From assembly GCA_014874475.1 (NCBI GenBank), contig JADBJJ010000027.1:95793-159792 (forward strand): DNA of 64,000 nucleotides. Direction: 5' to 3'. This stretch comes from Chloroflexota bacterium. GTDB taxonomy: Bacteria > Chloroflexota > Anaerolineae > B4-G1 > DUEL01. This document shows positions 36,674 through 45,856 of this stretch, one piece after another. Position 1 is the first letter of the stretch. Every line of letters begins with the position of its first letter. The position numbers and the translations under genes were made by a program. The notes below the pieces were generated by a model, which had not been told where the DNA came from, did not search any database, and was given only the letters and a program-made list of their open reading frames with translations.

Positions 36674-37607
36674 CTTGACCTCCTGCCACCCTCTTCCGTA
36701 TATTCGCGACCAATCCGATGAGTCCTTCGGGCAAGTATAGAACAGTCACGATTAAAACAATGCCAAAGATGAGCATGTAATAGTAGGGGAACCGGGTGAT
36801 CAGAATTTCCTCCAGATAGGCAAAAATCGCCGCGCCCAAGATGGGGCCGTAGGGCTGCCCGATGCCGCCGAAAATAGCCATCAGGACAGACATAAACGAG
36901 TAGAGTGGGTTGAAGGCAACATACGGATCAACGTATGTCCATCGGGTCGCCATAATTGCCCCGGCTGCTCCCATAAAGATGGCGCTGATGGCAAAGGTGG
37001 CTGTTTTGAGCGCATTTACATGAACGCCGATATGAGCCGCTGCCTCCTCGCATTCTCCGATGCCCCGCAGGGCCAGCCCAAACCTGGAGCGCCGGATGAG
37101 ATAGGTGACCAGCAATAACAGGGCAAGGATAATGAGCATAACGTAATAAATCGTGGTGTTATCCACAAAAATCACAAATCGCCCCCGGGTGCCCGTAAAC
37201 TGAATCTCGTACCACAGCCAGAAGTTCTTGATCAGTTCCACAAGTCCAAAGGTGAACATAGCGAAATAGATGCCCCGCAATCGGAGAGTGAGAGCACCGA
37301 TGAGAAGGGCAAGGCAGAAACTGATCAGACTGCCAGCCAGGATAACGGCCGGTAGGGGAAGTCGGGTCCCCAGAATGGCAGAGGTATATATGCCAATCCC
37401 GAAGAACGCGGCAGGAGCCAGGGAGATGTAACCAGTGGGGGCAGAAAAGAGAGCCCAACTCATAGTCAGGACAATGTACATCAGAATGCTGGTCATCAGA
37501 ATGATGGTGTAGGTTGGAGCATATAAGGGAAGAGTGGCAAGCAGAGCCAGAAAGATGAGCGTCAGCCCCAGGAGCCAAATCTGGCGAAGATTCTTTCGGG
37601 TGTTCAT
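36660..37607 (-). CDS. livM: ABC permease (LivM-like).
   Basis: It is a polytopic membrane protein in the Liv operon context. Confidence 0.65.
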   Translation of the reverse strand: MNTRKNLRQIWLLGLTLIFLALLATLPLYAPTYTIILMTSILMYIVLTMSWALFSAPTGYISLAPAAFFGIGIYTSAILGTRLPLPAVILAGSLISFCLALLIGALTLRLRGIYFAMFTFGLVELIKNFWLWYEIQFTGTRGRFVIFVDNTTIYYVMLIILALLLLVTYLIRRSRFGLALRGIGECEEAAAHIGVHVNALKTATFAISAIFMGAAGAIMATRWTYVDPYVAFNPLYSFMSVLMAIFGGIGQPYGPILGAAIFAYLEEILITRFPYYYMLIFGIVLIVTVLYLPEGLIGLVANIRKRVAGGQDALA

Positions 37608-37609
37608 AT

Positions 37610-38479
37610 CTATCTCCCCAGGATGCCCGTTGGTCTCACCAGCAGTAAGAGGATGAAGATAACGTAGTAAGCTACCAGGGCCAGCCCTGGTTCAAAGAAG
37701 GTAACCACACTCCCGATCAGGCCCAGGATAAAGCCGCCAATGAAACTGCCGGGGATACTGCCCAGCCCGCCCAGGACCACCACAATGATAGCAATAATGG
37801 TGTATTCAAGTCCCATCACGCCATGAACGGGATAGCACATGCTGATCAGTACACCCGCGATACCGGCCATCGCGGCGCCCAGGCCGAAGCACAGAGCCAG
37901 CACATTGTTGATGTTGACCCCCATAAGTCCCGCGGTGGGGGGGTCCTGGGCTGCTGCCCGGATGGCTTTACCCGTACGAGTGAGGCTCAGGAACAGGTAA
38001 AAACCCAGGCCAATAACAAGAGCCAGCCCGAAGGTCAACAGCCGGTTGGCGCCAAATAGCGTTCCCAGAAAATGGACCGGTATAACCAGATATGAGTACC
38101 CTCTGATCTCAGGCCCCCATATGAGCAGGGCGATGTTCTGGAGGATGAACATCAGGCCGAAAGCGGCCAGCATAGAGTTGCTCTCAAAGATGGCCGGCGA
38201 TGCCGACGAGGCCAACAGCCTCTTGAAGAGGGTTCTGTGAATCACAAAACCCAGGATGAAAGCCACAGGACCACATATAGCAAGGGATAACAGCGGGTTG
38301 ACGCCCAACGCCGTGTACAGGGCCCAGGTAGTCAAACCGCCGAGCATGATGAATTCGCCGTGAGAGATATTCAGAATCCGGGCGACCCCGTACTGCAGGC
38401 TGAGGCCCACAGCAACCAGGGCATACAGACCGCCCATCAACAGACCAGTAATCAGTACCTCTATGATCTTGATCGTCAT
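37610..38479 (-). CDS. livH: ABC permease (LivH-like).
   Basis: It is a polytopic membrane protein immediately downstream of the SBP gene. Confidence 0.65.
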   Translation of the reverse strand: MTIKIIEVLITGLLMGGLYALVAVGLSLQYGVARILNISHGEFIMLGGLTTWALYTALGVNPLLSLAICGPVAFILGFVIHRTLFKRLLASSASPAIFESNSMLAAFGLMFILQNIALLIWGPEIRGYSYLVIPVHFLGTLFGANRLLTFGLALVIGLGFYLFLSLTRTGKAIRAAAQDPPTAGLMGVNINNVLALCFGLGAAMAGIAGVLISMCYPVHGVMGLEYTIIAIIVVVLGGLGSIPGSFIGGFILGLIGSVVTFFEPGLALVAYYVIFILLLLVRPTGILGR

Positions 38480-38680
38480 AAATCTTCTCCGACAATATCA
38501 TCGTGGCGGATTGCAATCCGCTGCGCCCCGTAGCCTGCCAGGTATAGGAAAATTACAGCGGTAGTAAGGGCGCAGGCTGCCTGAGAAATGGGAAACGCCC
38601 TGAATCAGGGCCTGCTGACCTGACATTCTCAGACAGCCTGCCCGGTATTCATCCCGCTATCAGGGTACTCCTACCTTATT

Positions 38681-39928
38681 TTACCCCTTCGGCCACGGGG
38701 GCTTAGGATAGACGAATTCCGCCGTTGCCCACTTCTCGGGCCCGACGACCTCGTACACGCCGTTGATCCACTGGCCGATTTCCCCGGTGTGGCAGTCCTT
38801 GGAGAGCAGGCCGTTCTCAAACCAGGTGTCCCCCAGCACCGTCTGGAAGCGCTCTGTGGCGATGATATCGCGAATCTTCTTCTGGTCTAGGGTGCCAGCC
38901 TTCTCTATAGCCTGCTTCCAGATTTCCAGGCCCGCCCAGTAGAGCGGATGCCCCCAGTAGTCCTGGACGTCTATAGGCTTGCCCGCATACAGTTTCTCGG
39001 CCAGCGCCCGGGCGGCATCGGACTGCTTGGGGCTGTAGGATGTGAAACCGATAACTCCTTCGGTGGCGGGGCCGAACGCAGTATAGTAGAACCCGAAGTT
39101 GACGCCGGGACCGCCGACCCAGGCCTTGGGGTTGAAATCCAGTTCTATGGAGAGCGCGGTCGCAGGCATAATCTGGTCGGGATAGGCAAAGCAGCAGAAG
39201 ACGTCCGGGTTTGCCGCCTTCGCATCCCGGATGATGGGCGAGAGGTCTTTCATATCCGGCGGGATGCTCTTCACACCGAGAATCTCAATGCCCACTTTGG
39301 GGAACTCAATCCCCGCCACGCCGGAGTACTCAATGCCGTGGAGGTCAGCGATGTAGGCGATGTAGGCTGTCTTGGCACCCTTCTTGGACAGCAACTCAGC
39401 CAGGACGGGCAACTGGTACCAGTCGGAGAAACTCAGGGTGACAAACACGTAGGGCAGGCTGGGGAGCATGTCTTTAATGGTGGTGGCGCCTCCCTCGGCA
39501 GTGATCAGCACATACCCGTACTTATTGGCGATGGGGGCCTGAGCGAAGATGAACGAGGTGCCGCATGCGGGCCAGAGGAAATCCACCTTGTCCTCAACGA
39601 TCAACTTCTCCGTCAGCCTCGTCATCGTGCCTACATCGGTTTTGTCGTCGTAGACGATCAGTTCAATGGGCAGTTTCTTGCCGTACTCCTCCACGTAGAC
39701 TCCACCGGCATCGTTGACCTCTTTGACAAAGGTCTCATAGACCGGTCTGAAGGCGGAATCCCCAACGATCGCTTGCGGGCCGGAAAGGGGCCTGGACATC
39801 CCGACGACAATCTTGTCCTTGGCGGGCTTGGGGGTCACTTTTGGAGCGCAAGCGCTCAGCGCCAGTCCGGCACCGGCCACAGCCACGCCCCGAAGGAACT
39901 CCCGGCGGGTCCAACCTTTGGTAGCCAT
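38681..39928 (-). CDS. Periplasmic substrate-binding protein (LivJ/K-like) with a Tat-type signal.
   Basis: 'TRREFLRGVAVAGAGLALSAC' is a twin-arginine plus lipobox signal. The type-I PBP fold is present. Confidence 0.7.
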   Translation of the reverse strand: MATKGWTRREFLRGVAVAGAGLALSACAPKVTPKPAKDKIVVGMSRPLSGPQAIVGDSAFRPVYETFVKEVNDAGGVYVEEYGKKLPIELIVYDDKTDVGTMTRLTEKLIVEDKVDFLWPACGTSFIFAQAPIANKYGYVLITAEGGATTIKDMLPSLPYVFVTLSFSDWYQLPVLAELLSKKGAKTAYIAYIADLHGIEYSGVAGIEFPKVGIEILGVKSIPPDMKDLSPIIRDAKAANPDVFCCFAYPDQIMPATALSIELDFNPKAWVGGPGVNFGFYYTAFGPATEGVIGFTSYSPKQSDAARALAEKLYAGKPIDVQDYWGHPLYWAGLEIWKQAIEKAGTLDQKKIRDIIATERFQTVLGDTWFENGLLSKDCHTGEIGQWINGVYEVVGPEKWATAEFVYPKPPWPKG

Positions 39929-40038
39929 CTCTCCCTCCTTGCACTAATTACATAGCCATTAAGGGGTCGCAAATGATCTCTGGTTCTGCCGGTTCATAGG
40001 AACATTCCCATATGCACCTCCTTTCGGGATAGACGTCT

Positions 40039-41760
40039 TTAAAAATCAAAAACACTATCCAGTTCCTCATCTCGGATGACGAAGACTTTGTTATGGGGCG
40101 GCAGGGGCTCTTCGTAGAAGAACCGGGGCAGTCGGTCGTCCTCTTTCGTGAAGCCCGCCTTCCGGTTGAACTCCCGCTCCGCGTTCAGCACCCGTCGGCC
40201 CAGGCCGAAGGGAAATTCATCGGGCTCCAGCGGCCGGCCCAGTCTGGCGCTGATGGCCTTGCTGACCACCTCAAACCCCTCCGGGCTCAGCAGAGAGACG
40301 CTCGCCATAAAGCACATCCCCAGCGTGTCGTAGGCGGCAATCGCGATCTGGAGGAACCGGGAAGTCTCCACCTGCCCCTCAGGGCTCAGCGGGTTCAGCG
40401 CACCTGTCAGGTATGCCCCAACTACGTTCCCCGCCGTGTGGTCTGCTCCCATCGGCGAGGTGGCGTAGGTTACGCCGTTCCCCAGCATTGCCCGGGGGTC
40501 GTAGGCGGCAATTGTCTGCCCCTTGACCGCAGGGACGCGGGGGTTATTGAAGTGCTTGCCCACCGCGACTCCGCCGCCCCCCAGAATCCGACCCAACTCC
40601 GTACCCCTGCCGATTTCCTCCACCATCTCCAGGACGGCTTCGGCGTCCCCGAACTGCCGGTACCCAGCATCCAGCGCCACTGCGATGGCTGCCCCGGTGC
40701 TCATCGTGTCTATCCCGATGTTGTCGCACATATAGTCCAGCCGGGCAATCACATCCAGGTCGGTGATGCCGGTCATCCCACCCATCGCCCAGATAGTCTC
40801 ATACTCCAGGGAACTGGTAACATACTTGCTGTCCTTATCCACATAGACGTTGGAGCAGTGGATGATGCACTGGGCACATCCCTGGTGGGTGGGATTTCCT
40901 CCCCGCTGCTGGATGATTTCGGCCATCCGCTCTCCACAGATGTTTTCCCAGCCGTCCAGTACCCCCTTCCGCGCGTTGTAACTGGGGAAGGCTCCCATTG
41001 TGTTGACCGGCGCCACCAGGGCTGCGGTGCCCAGTTTGGGCATCACTTCGGCATTCATCGGGTCCGATTTGACCATCTGGACAATGGCCTGGACGGCCTC
41101 TTTGAAAGCCTGGGGGTCCGCGATGGGGTCGGCGCTCTTGCCGTGCTGATCCACCACGATGGCTTTGAGGCCCTTGGCCCCCATCACTGCCCCCATGCCG
41201 CCCCGTCCCGCAGCCCGGCAGGGATGATTATCCACATCGGAGGATTGAACGGACGCAATGGGCATCCGGTACTCGCCCGCCGGCCCAATACAGAGTACCG
41301 AATTGTCCTTCCCGTAGATTTCCATGAGCCGCTCTACCAGCGGGTACGTCCGCATCCCCCAATATTCCTGGGCTGGGACCAGGCTGGCGTTCCCTTCACG
41401 GTCAATCCGAAGGATGTAGAGTTCTCCTTCCGGCGCCTGGCCCTCCACGATGATGGCCGTGATGCCCAGGCGGCCCAGAGAGGCTCCCATTGTCCCTCCG
41501 ACGTTGCTCTCTTTGATCCCGCCCGTCAGCGGGCTCTTGGCCCCGATGGAGGTGCGGCTGGTATTGGGGAGTGTCGTGCCGCTCAGGAGTCCGGGGGCGA
41601 CAATCAGTTTGTTCTCCGGCCCCAGAGGGTCACAGTGGGCGGGCACTTCGGCGTTGACGATGGTGGATGTCAGCCCCCGGCCCCCAAGCCCCGTGTACGC
41701 CAGAGGCACATCCTCCACACGGATGGCCCTGCGGGTCATATCTACGCGGATCAGTTTCAT
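40039..41760 (-). CDS. Aldehyde:ferredoxin oxidoreductase (tungsten-containing AOR family).
   Basis: The AOR N-terminal signature is 'MKLIRVDMTRR…GLGGRGL…'. The product is about 570 aa. AAGGAGG lies before the ATG. Confidence 0.75.
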   Translation of the reverse strand: MKLIRVDMTRRAIRVEDVPLAYTGLGGRGLTSTIVNAEVPAHCDPLGPENKLIVAPGLLSGTTLPNTSRTSIGAKSPLTGGIKESNVGGTMGASLGRLGITAIIVEGQAPEGELYILRIDREGNASLVPAQEYWGMRTYPLVERLMEIYGKDNSVLCIGPAGEYRMPIASVQSSDVDNHPCRAAGRGGMGAVMGAKGLKAIVVDQHGKSADPIADPQAFKEAVQAIVQMVKSDPMNAEVMPKLGTAALVAPVNTMGAFPSYNARKGVLDGWENICGERMAEIIQQRGGNPTHQGCAQCIIHCSNVYVDKDSKYVTSSLEYETIWAMGGMTGITDLDVIARLDYMCDNIGIDTMSTGAAIAVALDAGYRQFGDAEAVLEMVEEIGRGTELGRILGGGGVAVGKHFNNPRVPAVKGQTIAAYDPRAMLGNGVTYATSPMGADHTAGNVVGAYLTGALNPLSPEGQVETSRFLQIAIAAYDTLGMCFMASVSLLSPEGFEVVSKAISARLGRPLEPDEFPFGLGRRVLNAEREFNRKAGFTKEDDRLPRFFYEEPLPPHNKVFVIRDEELDSVFDF

Positions 41761-41771
41761 TGCAGACCTCC

Positions 41772-42872
41772 TTAGTGCTCCATGCGTAGGACTGGCTTAA
41801 TCACACGGCCCGCCTCCATATCATGAACAGCCCGCCCGATTTCCTCAAAGGGGTAGTATGTAATCAACCGGTCAAAGGGGAAACGACCCTGACGGTACAG
41901 TTCCACCAGTCTGGGGATGAAGAGGTCCGGGATGGCATCGCCCCCGAGGATGCCCCGGACCACCCGACCGTTCATCAACAGGTCCATATCCAGGGCCACC
42001 TCTGTGCCAGGCGGGACCACGCCGATCAGGCCACAGACTCCCAGACGAGGGAGAGAGTCCACTGCCTGCCGCAGGACTTTCGGATTCCCCACGCACTCCA
42101 GAGTGAATTGGGCTCCGCCACCGGTGATCTCCCGGATAGCATCCACGGGGTTCACTTCGGCCGCGTTGACGGTGTGCGTCGCGCCTAATTCTCGGGCCAC
42201 CGCCAGACGCTCCGGGTTGATGTCCACCGCGATGATAGTTGTACATCCGCAGACTATCGCCCCCAGAATAGCGCTCATTCCCACTGTGCCAATACCGAAC
42301 ACCGCGATGGAATCCCCCGGCCCGGCCTGAAGCGAATTGATGACCGCTCCCGCACCGGTCATCACGCCACAGCCCATAGGGGCCAATACGTCCAGAGGCA
42401 CATCGTCCGGCACTTTGACCACATTCCGCTCATTAGCCAGTGCAAAGGTGGCAAATGAGGACTGGCAGAAAAAGGAGCCGTGGACGGCCTGATGGTCTTT
42501 GTGGAGGGTTATGCTGCCATCCGGTCGGGCGCCGTGGAAATTGTGCAGGAAGAAGTTCAGGCAGTAGAGGACCTTACTCGCCTTGCATGCGGAGCATGTT
42601 CCGCAATAATCCCAGGTCATAATCACATGGTCGCCCGGTTTGACTTTGGTCACCCGCGCGCCGACCTTCTCCACAATGCCAGCCCCTTCGTGCCCGAAGA
42701 CGCTGGGCGGCTCAGGGATCGGCAGGTGACCAGCCCGAGCACCCAGGTCGGTGTGGCAGATACCCGAAGCGACGATGCGGACCAGCACCTCGTCGTCCCT
42801 GGGCTCATCCAGTTCCAGTTCCTCAATCTGGAAATCCCCCCCGGTCTCAAAAATGACGGCCGCTTTGACCTT
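41772..42872 (-). CDS. Zn-dependent alcohol dehydrogenase (MDR family).
   Basis: 'GICHTDL' and 'GHEGAGIVEKVG' are the motifs. GGGAGGG lies before ATG 42872. Confidence 0.7.
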   Translation of the reverse strand, partial: KVKAAVIFETGGDFQIEELELDEPRDDEVLVRIVASGICHTDLGARAGHLPIPEPPSVFGHEGAGIVEKVGARVTKVKPGDHVIMTWDYCGTCSACKASKVLYCLNFFLHNFHGARPDGSITLHKDHQAVHGSFFCQSSFATFALANERNVVKVPDDVPLDVLAPMGCGVMTGAGAVINSLQAGPGDSIAVFGIGTVGMSAILGAIVCGCTTIIAVDINPERLAVARELGATHTVNAAEVNPVDAIREITGGGAQFTLECVGNPKVLRQAVDSLPRLGVCGLIGVVPPGTEVALDMDLLMNGRVVRGILGGDAIPDLFIPRLVELYRQGRFPFDRLITYYPFEEIGRAVHDMEAGRVIKPVLRMEH

Positions 42873-43069
42873 CATAATATCCCTCCCGTTTTGAAGGACG
42901 GTTTTTGCGGCGGCTGCAGGCTGCCGCAAAAAACCTTCGGCCCTTACACTCCCGGGCTGGTGAGGCCACCAGCCCCTGCCCGGCGAATCAGGAGGCTTGT
43001 TGTCTGCCGGAATCGCCTGTCAACAAGCCTGACAGGCCCCCAGAAAGGGGGGCCTGTCAGGATGCAAGT

Positions 43070-44410
43070 TCAGTATCCGCCGTATTCTTTGGCCGCCTCC
43101 ACCATCGCCTTCACGTTCTCTGGCTTCGCCTCGTCAAAGAACGATCCGTTGGAGATGATGAGGCCACCATCCTTCCCGGCCACTTCTATGATTCGCTTGA
43201 CGTAGGCCCGGACCTCGTCCGGCGTCCCCAGATTCAGCAGGGAGGACGGCACATTGCCCATGATGCAGGCGTTCTGGCCGAGGGTCCGCTTGGCATCCGC
43301 CATGTCGGTCAGGTCAATCATCCACAATGTCTTGCCCCGAGGCAGGTCCTTTACCACCTCCAGGCGGGAACTGTAGCCACCCTCGGCAGCCGGCAGCGGG
43401 ACGCAGCCTCCTTCAATCAGGCCCAGGATGACTTCCTTCAGTGTGGGCCAGTAGAAGTTCTTGAACTGTTCGTCGGAGAGGAAGCCATCGGCGCCCTTGT
43501 GGAGTGGGATGAAGATGAGCGGATTGCCGGTCGCTTGAGCGGAGTTGATTCCCATTTGGATCATCAAGGGGGTAAGGACCTCCATCGCATTGAGGAGTTT
43601 TTGGGGCCGCCGGTAAATATCCAGCATGATCCCCCGGGTGCCCCGGAGAGTATCGCCGATGACGTCAAACGGGGCCTTGGTAAAGCCTCCCAGAAGCGTC
43701 GGATATCCGAGGGTGGCCAACTCCACGTCCAAGCCACCGATGGGCACCACCCATTTCAGGGCTTCGGCGCCGGCCTCAAAGAGAGCCTGGAACGTCGCCT
43801 GAACCGGGGGCAGGCCAAAGGGAATGAAGGTGAGGGCCAGGCCGTACATCTCCAGGATGCCAGGGAAGAAGGGGAGCATCTGGAAGCCACCCAATACCCC
43901 AAAGACCCGAGGCAGGTAAACGTGGATGAAGTAGCCCGTGGGGTCCTGGATCAGGGCATCGTACTCCTCCGGCTTCATATACTCGCCTTCGTTGCACTGA
44001 TAACAGCAATCTGGAGCCACCCCATGGCCAGGCCAGGAGTACAATTTGTAGTCCAGAATCTCAAAGAACCTTCCCGGACCGGGGGCGTATGCGCCCCACT
44101 GCAAATCCGGATCAAAGTCCAGGATGAACTTCTTGAAGGCCGCGGCGCACTTCTCGTAATCGTACATAGCCTCCTGGACGGTCATCCCGGCATACTTCCA
44201 GGGGAACATGCTGGGGAAAATGGTCACCGGGACCCGGTCTGGCAACTTTTCCATCTCAATCGCGGCCTTGACCCGGAGGATTCGCTCTTTATATTTCTTC
44301 TCGGCTTCCGGACTCTGGAAGGGGAGAGGATTCCCCTGGGGATCTTTCGGTGAGAGTTTCCCCTGCCAGAGCGCTTCTCGCTTTTCGTCGGGTGACAACT
44401 GAGGATTCAT
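43070..44410 (-). CDS. Uroporphyrinogen-decarboxylase (URO-D)-like methyltransferase (corrinoid-dependent methyltransferase family, MtaA/MtvB-like).
   Basis: It has the URO-D-like fold and is immediately downstream of a corrinoid protein gene. GGAGGT lies before the ATG. Confidence 0.5.
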   Translation of the reverse strand: MNPQLSPDEKREALWQGKLSPKDPQGNPLPFQSPEAEKKYKERILRVKAAIEMEKLPDRVPVTIFPSMFPWKYAGMTVQEAMYDYEKCAAAFKKFILDFDPDLQWGAYAPGPGRFFEILDYKLYSWPGHGVAPDCCYQCNEGEYMKPEEYDALIQDPTGYFIHVYLPRVFGVLGGFQMLPFFPGILEMYGLALTFIPFGLPPVQATFQALFEAGAEALKWVVPIGGLDVELATLGYPTLLGGFTKAPFDVIGDTLRGTRGIMLDIYRRPQKLLNAMEVLTPLMIQMGINSAQATGNPLIFIPLHKGADGFLSDEQFKNFYWPTLKEVILGLIEGGCVPLPAAEGGYSSRLEVVKDLPRGKTLWMIDLTDMADAKRTLGQNACIMGNVPSSLLNLGTPDEVRAYVKRIIEVAGKDGGLIISNGSFFDEAKPENVKAMVEAAKEYGGY

Positions 44411-44437
44411 TTTTTTACCTCCGTTGCTCGCTGGGGG

Positions 44438-45070
44438 TTATTGAACGCCGATCCATTTCTTGGCCAGAGACACGCCGGTCACGGCGTCCCTCCCGTAGGC
44501 GTCTGCGCCGGTGTAAGTCCGCACATGCTCGTCCACCGAGCCGCCGCCGATCATTACTTTCACCTTGTCCCGTAGCCCGGCCTCCTCCAGCGCCTGGATG
44601 GTCGCTTTCATGGAGTCATAGGCCAGGGTGAGGAACCCGCTCAGGCCGACGACCTGGGGCTGGAAATCCCGTACTGCCTCCACAAACTTCTGCGGGGGAA
44701 CGTCCACGCCCAGGTCCAGGACCTCAAAGCCGTTGGCATCCAGCATAAAGGTCACGATGTTCTTGCCGATGTCGTGGATGTCTCCCTGGACGGTGCCAAT
44801 GAGGACCCGCCCGAGCCGCTTGACCTCCGGGGATTCGGCCAGTTTGGGTTTGAGGATTTCGGCGATCTGGCCCATAATCTCACCAGCCATCATCAGTTCC
44901 GGGAGGAAATAGACACCCTTCTCGTACTGCTGGCCGATGATGTCCATTGCCTGCCGGGCCGCATCCAGGATCGCCATGGGCTTGACGCCCGTATCCAGCA
45001 TGTCTCGGACTAATTGGATGGCCTCTTCTTCTCTCATCTCGGCAATGGCATTGACCAGTTTTTCTGACAT
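44438..45070 (-). CDS. Cobalamin-binding corrinoid protein (MtaC/MtbC-like; B12-binding cap plus Rossmann domain).
   Basis: The DxHxxG motif is 'GDIHDIGKN', and the Rossmann part is 'GLSGFLT…IGGG'. AGGAGGA lies before ATG 45070. Confidence 0.75.
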   Translation of the reverse strand: MSEKLVNAIAEMREEEAIQLVRDMLDTGVKPMAILDAARQAMDIIGQQYEKGVYFLPELMMAGEIMGQIAEILKPKLAESPEVKRLGRVLIGTVQGDIHDIGKNIVTFMLDANGFEVLDLGVDVPPQKFVEAVRDFQPQVVGLSGFLTLAYDSMKATIQALEEAGLRDKVKVMIGGGSVDEHVRTYTGADAYGRDAVTGVSLAKKWIGVQ

Positions 45071-45350
45071 TTTATCCTCCTGCTGAAAGTAGAATGGGGA
45101 GATCAAACGAAGAGTTTTTTCACTTGAGGAATGACTTGAGGGATACGTTCAGAGTACGGGCACCTCCTGTTACAGTTTATACGACCGCCTTTGATTGTAA
45201 ATAGATGCCCCCTCAGGGAACCAGGGGGAATGGCCAGAGGCTCTGTGGAGCCTGAAGGTACACGAAGCTCTGTTCTTCGTACCCACCTCGTTCCAGTTCG
45301 CTGGGGCGCAGGTGAAGGTCCGACCCGACGTGTTACGCGTGGTGGAGTTG

Positions 45351-45379
45351 CTCTGCTATAATTATACACTGGTATAGGG
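45351..45379 (-). promoter_or_regulatory. Sigma70-type promoter (TTGACA-N17-TATAAT on the minus strand) with an embedded TATAC-N4-GTATA palindrome. It drives the corrinoid/methyltransferase operon through a ~270-nt 5' UTR.
   Basis: The reverse complement reads cTTGACAatttccctataccagtgTATAATtat. The same motif recurs at 61810-61838. Confidence 0.5.
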
Positions 45380-45384
45380 AAATT

Positions 45385-45559
45385 GTCAAGGCCGTTCGGG
45401 GGTATAAGCGGACGGCGTCGGTGTTGAATGTGAGCAGCCTGTTAGGAGAATTGAGGAGAGGGAAGATTTCCCTGGCGGAACTGATGGCCGCATAAGAAAA
45501 AGGCGGTAAATGGGGGGATATTTGAAATTCAAACTCTATGCTAATTTTGGAACAATCAC
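45385..45559 (+). mobile_element. Solo right-end fragment (~175 bp) of an IS1-family element related to 3701-4582, in inverted orientation.
   Basis: It is about 90% identical to the reverse complement of 3701-3870, including the transposase C-terminus (…NVSSLLGELRRGKISLAELMAA*) and the terminal GGAACAATCAC. Confidence 0.6.
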
Positions 45560-45856
45560 CGTGTCCCCCGTTCCCTTATAGACTGCAACCTGCGGGTATG
45601 GGCAGATGGGACGAGTCCGAAGCACATTGATGCGAAGTGTATCAAACCTGGCCGCGATGATCTGGTCGGGCGCTACCCCGTCCTCCACCCATGCCTGGAT
45701 GGCCGCGAGCCAGTCAATGGTATCCGGACCATCCCCGCCTCCGCAGTGTGTTACCCCGGGCAGCAGAAAGAGGCGGAAGAACTTCTGTGTCTTCTCCAGA
45801 CCGTCCATTGCTTTGACGACACTGTTAGGTAGTTGATGTTGTTTCCCTACACTCAC
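45536..45856 (-). pseudogene. C-terminal ~100-aa remnant of a tannase/feruloyl-esterase-family gene. Its last 7 codons and stop are supplied by the IS end.
   Basis: 'FRLFLLPGVTHCGGGDGPD…AIQAWVEDGVAPDQIIA' matches the family C-terminus. There is no N-terminal catalytic part, because the upstream sequence is another gene. Confidence 0.45.

Noticed and set aside
38506-38521. A perfect 16-nt palindrome GCGGATTGCAATCCGC between the SBP and permease genes, as a terminator.
   Set aside because: There is no U-run following it on the transcribed (minus) strand. It is more likely an intercistronic stabiliser or attenuator hairpin, and is not called.
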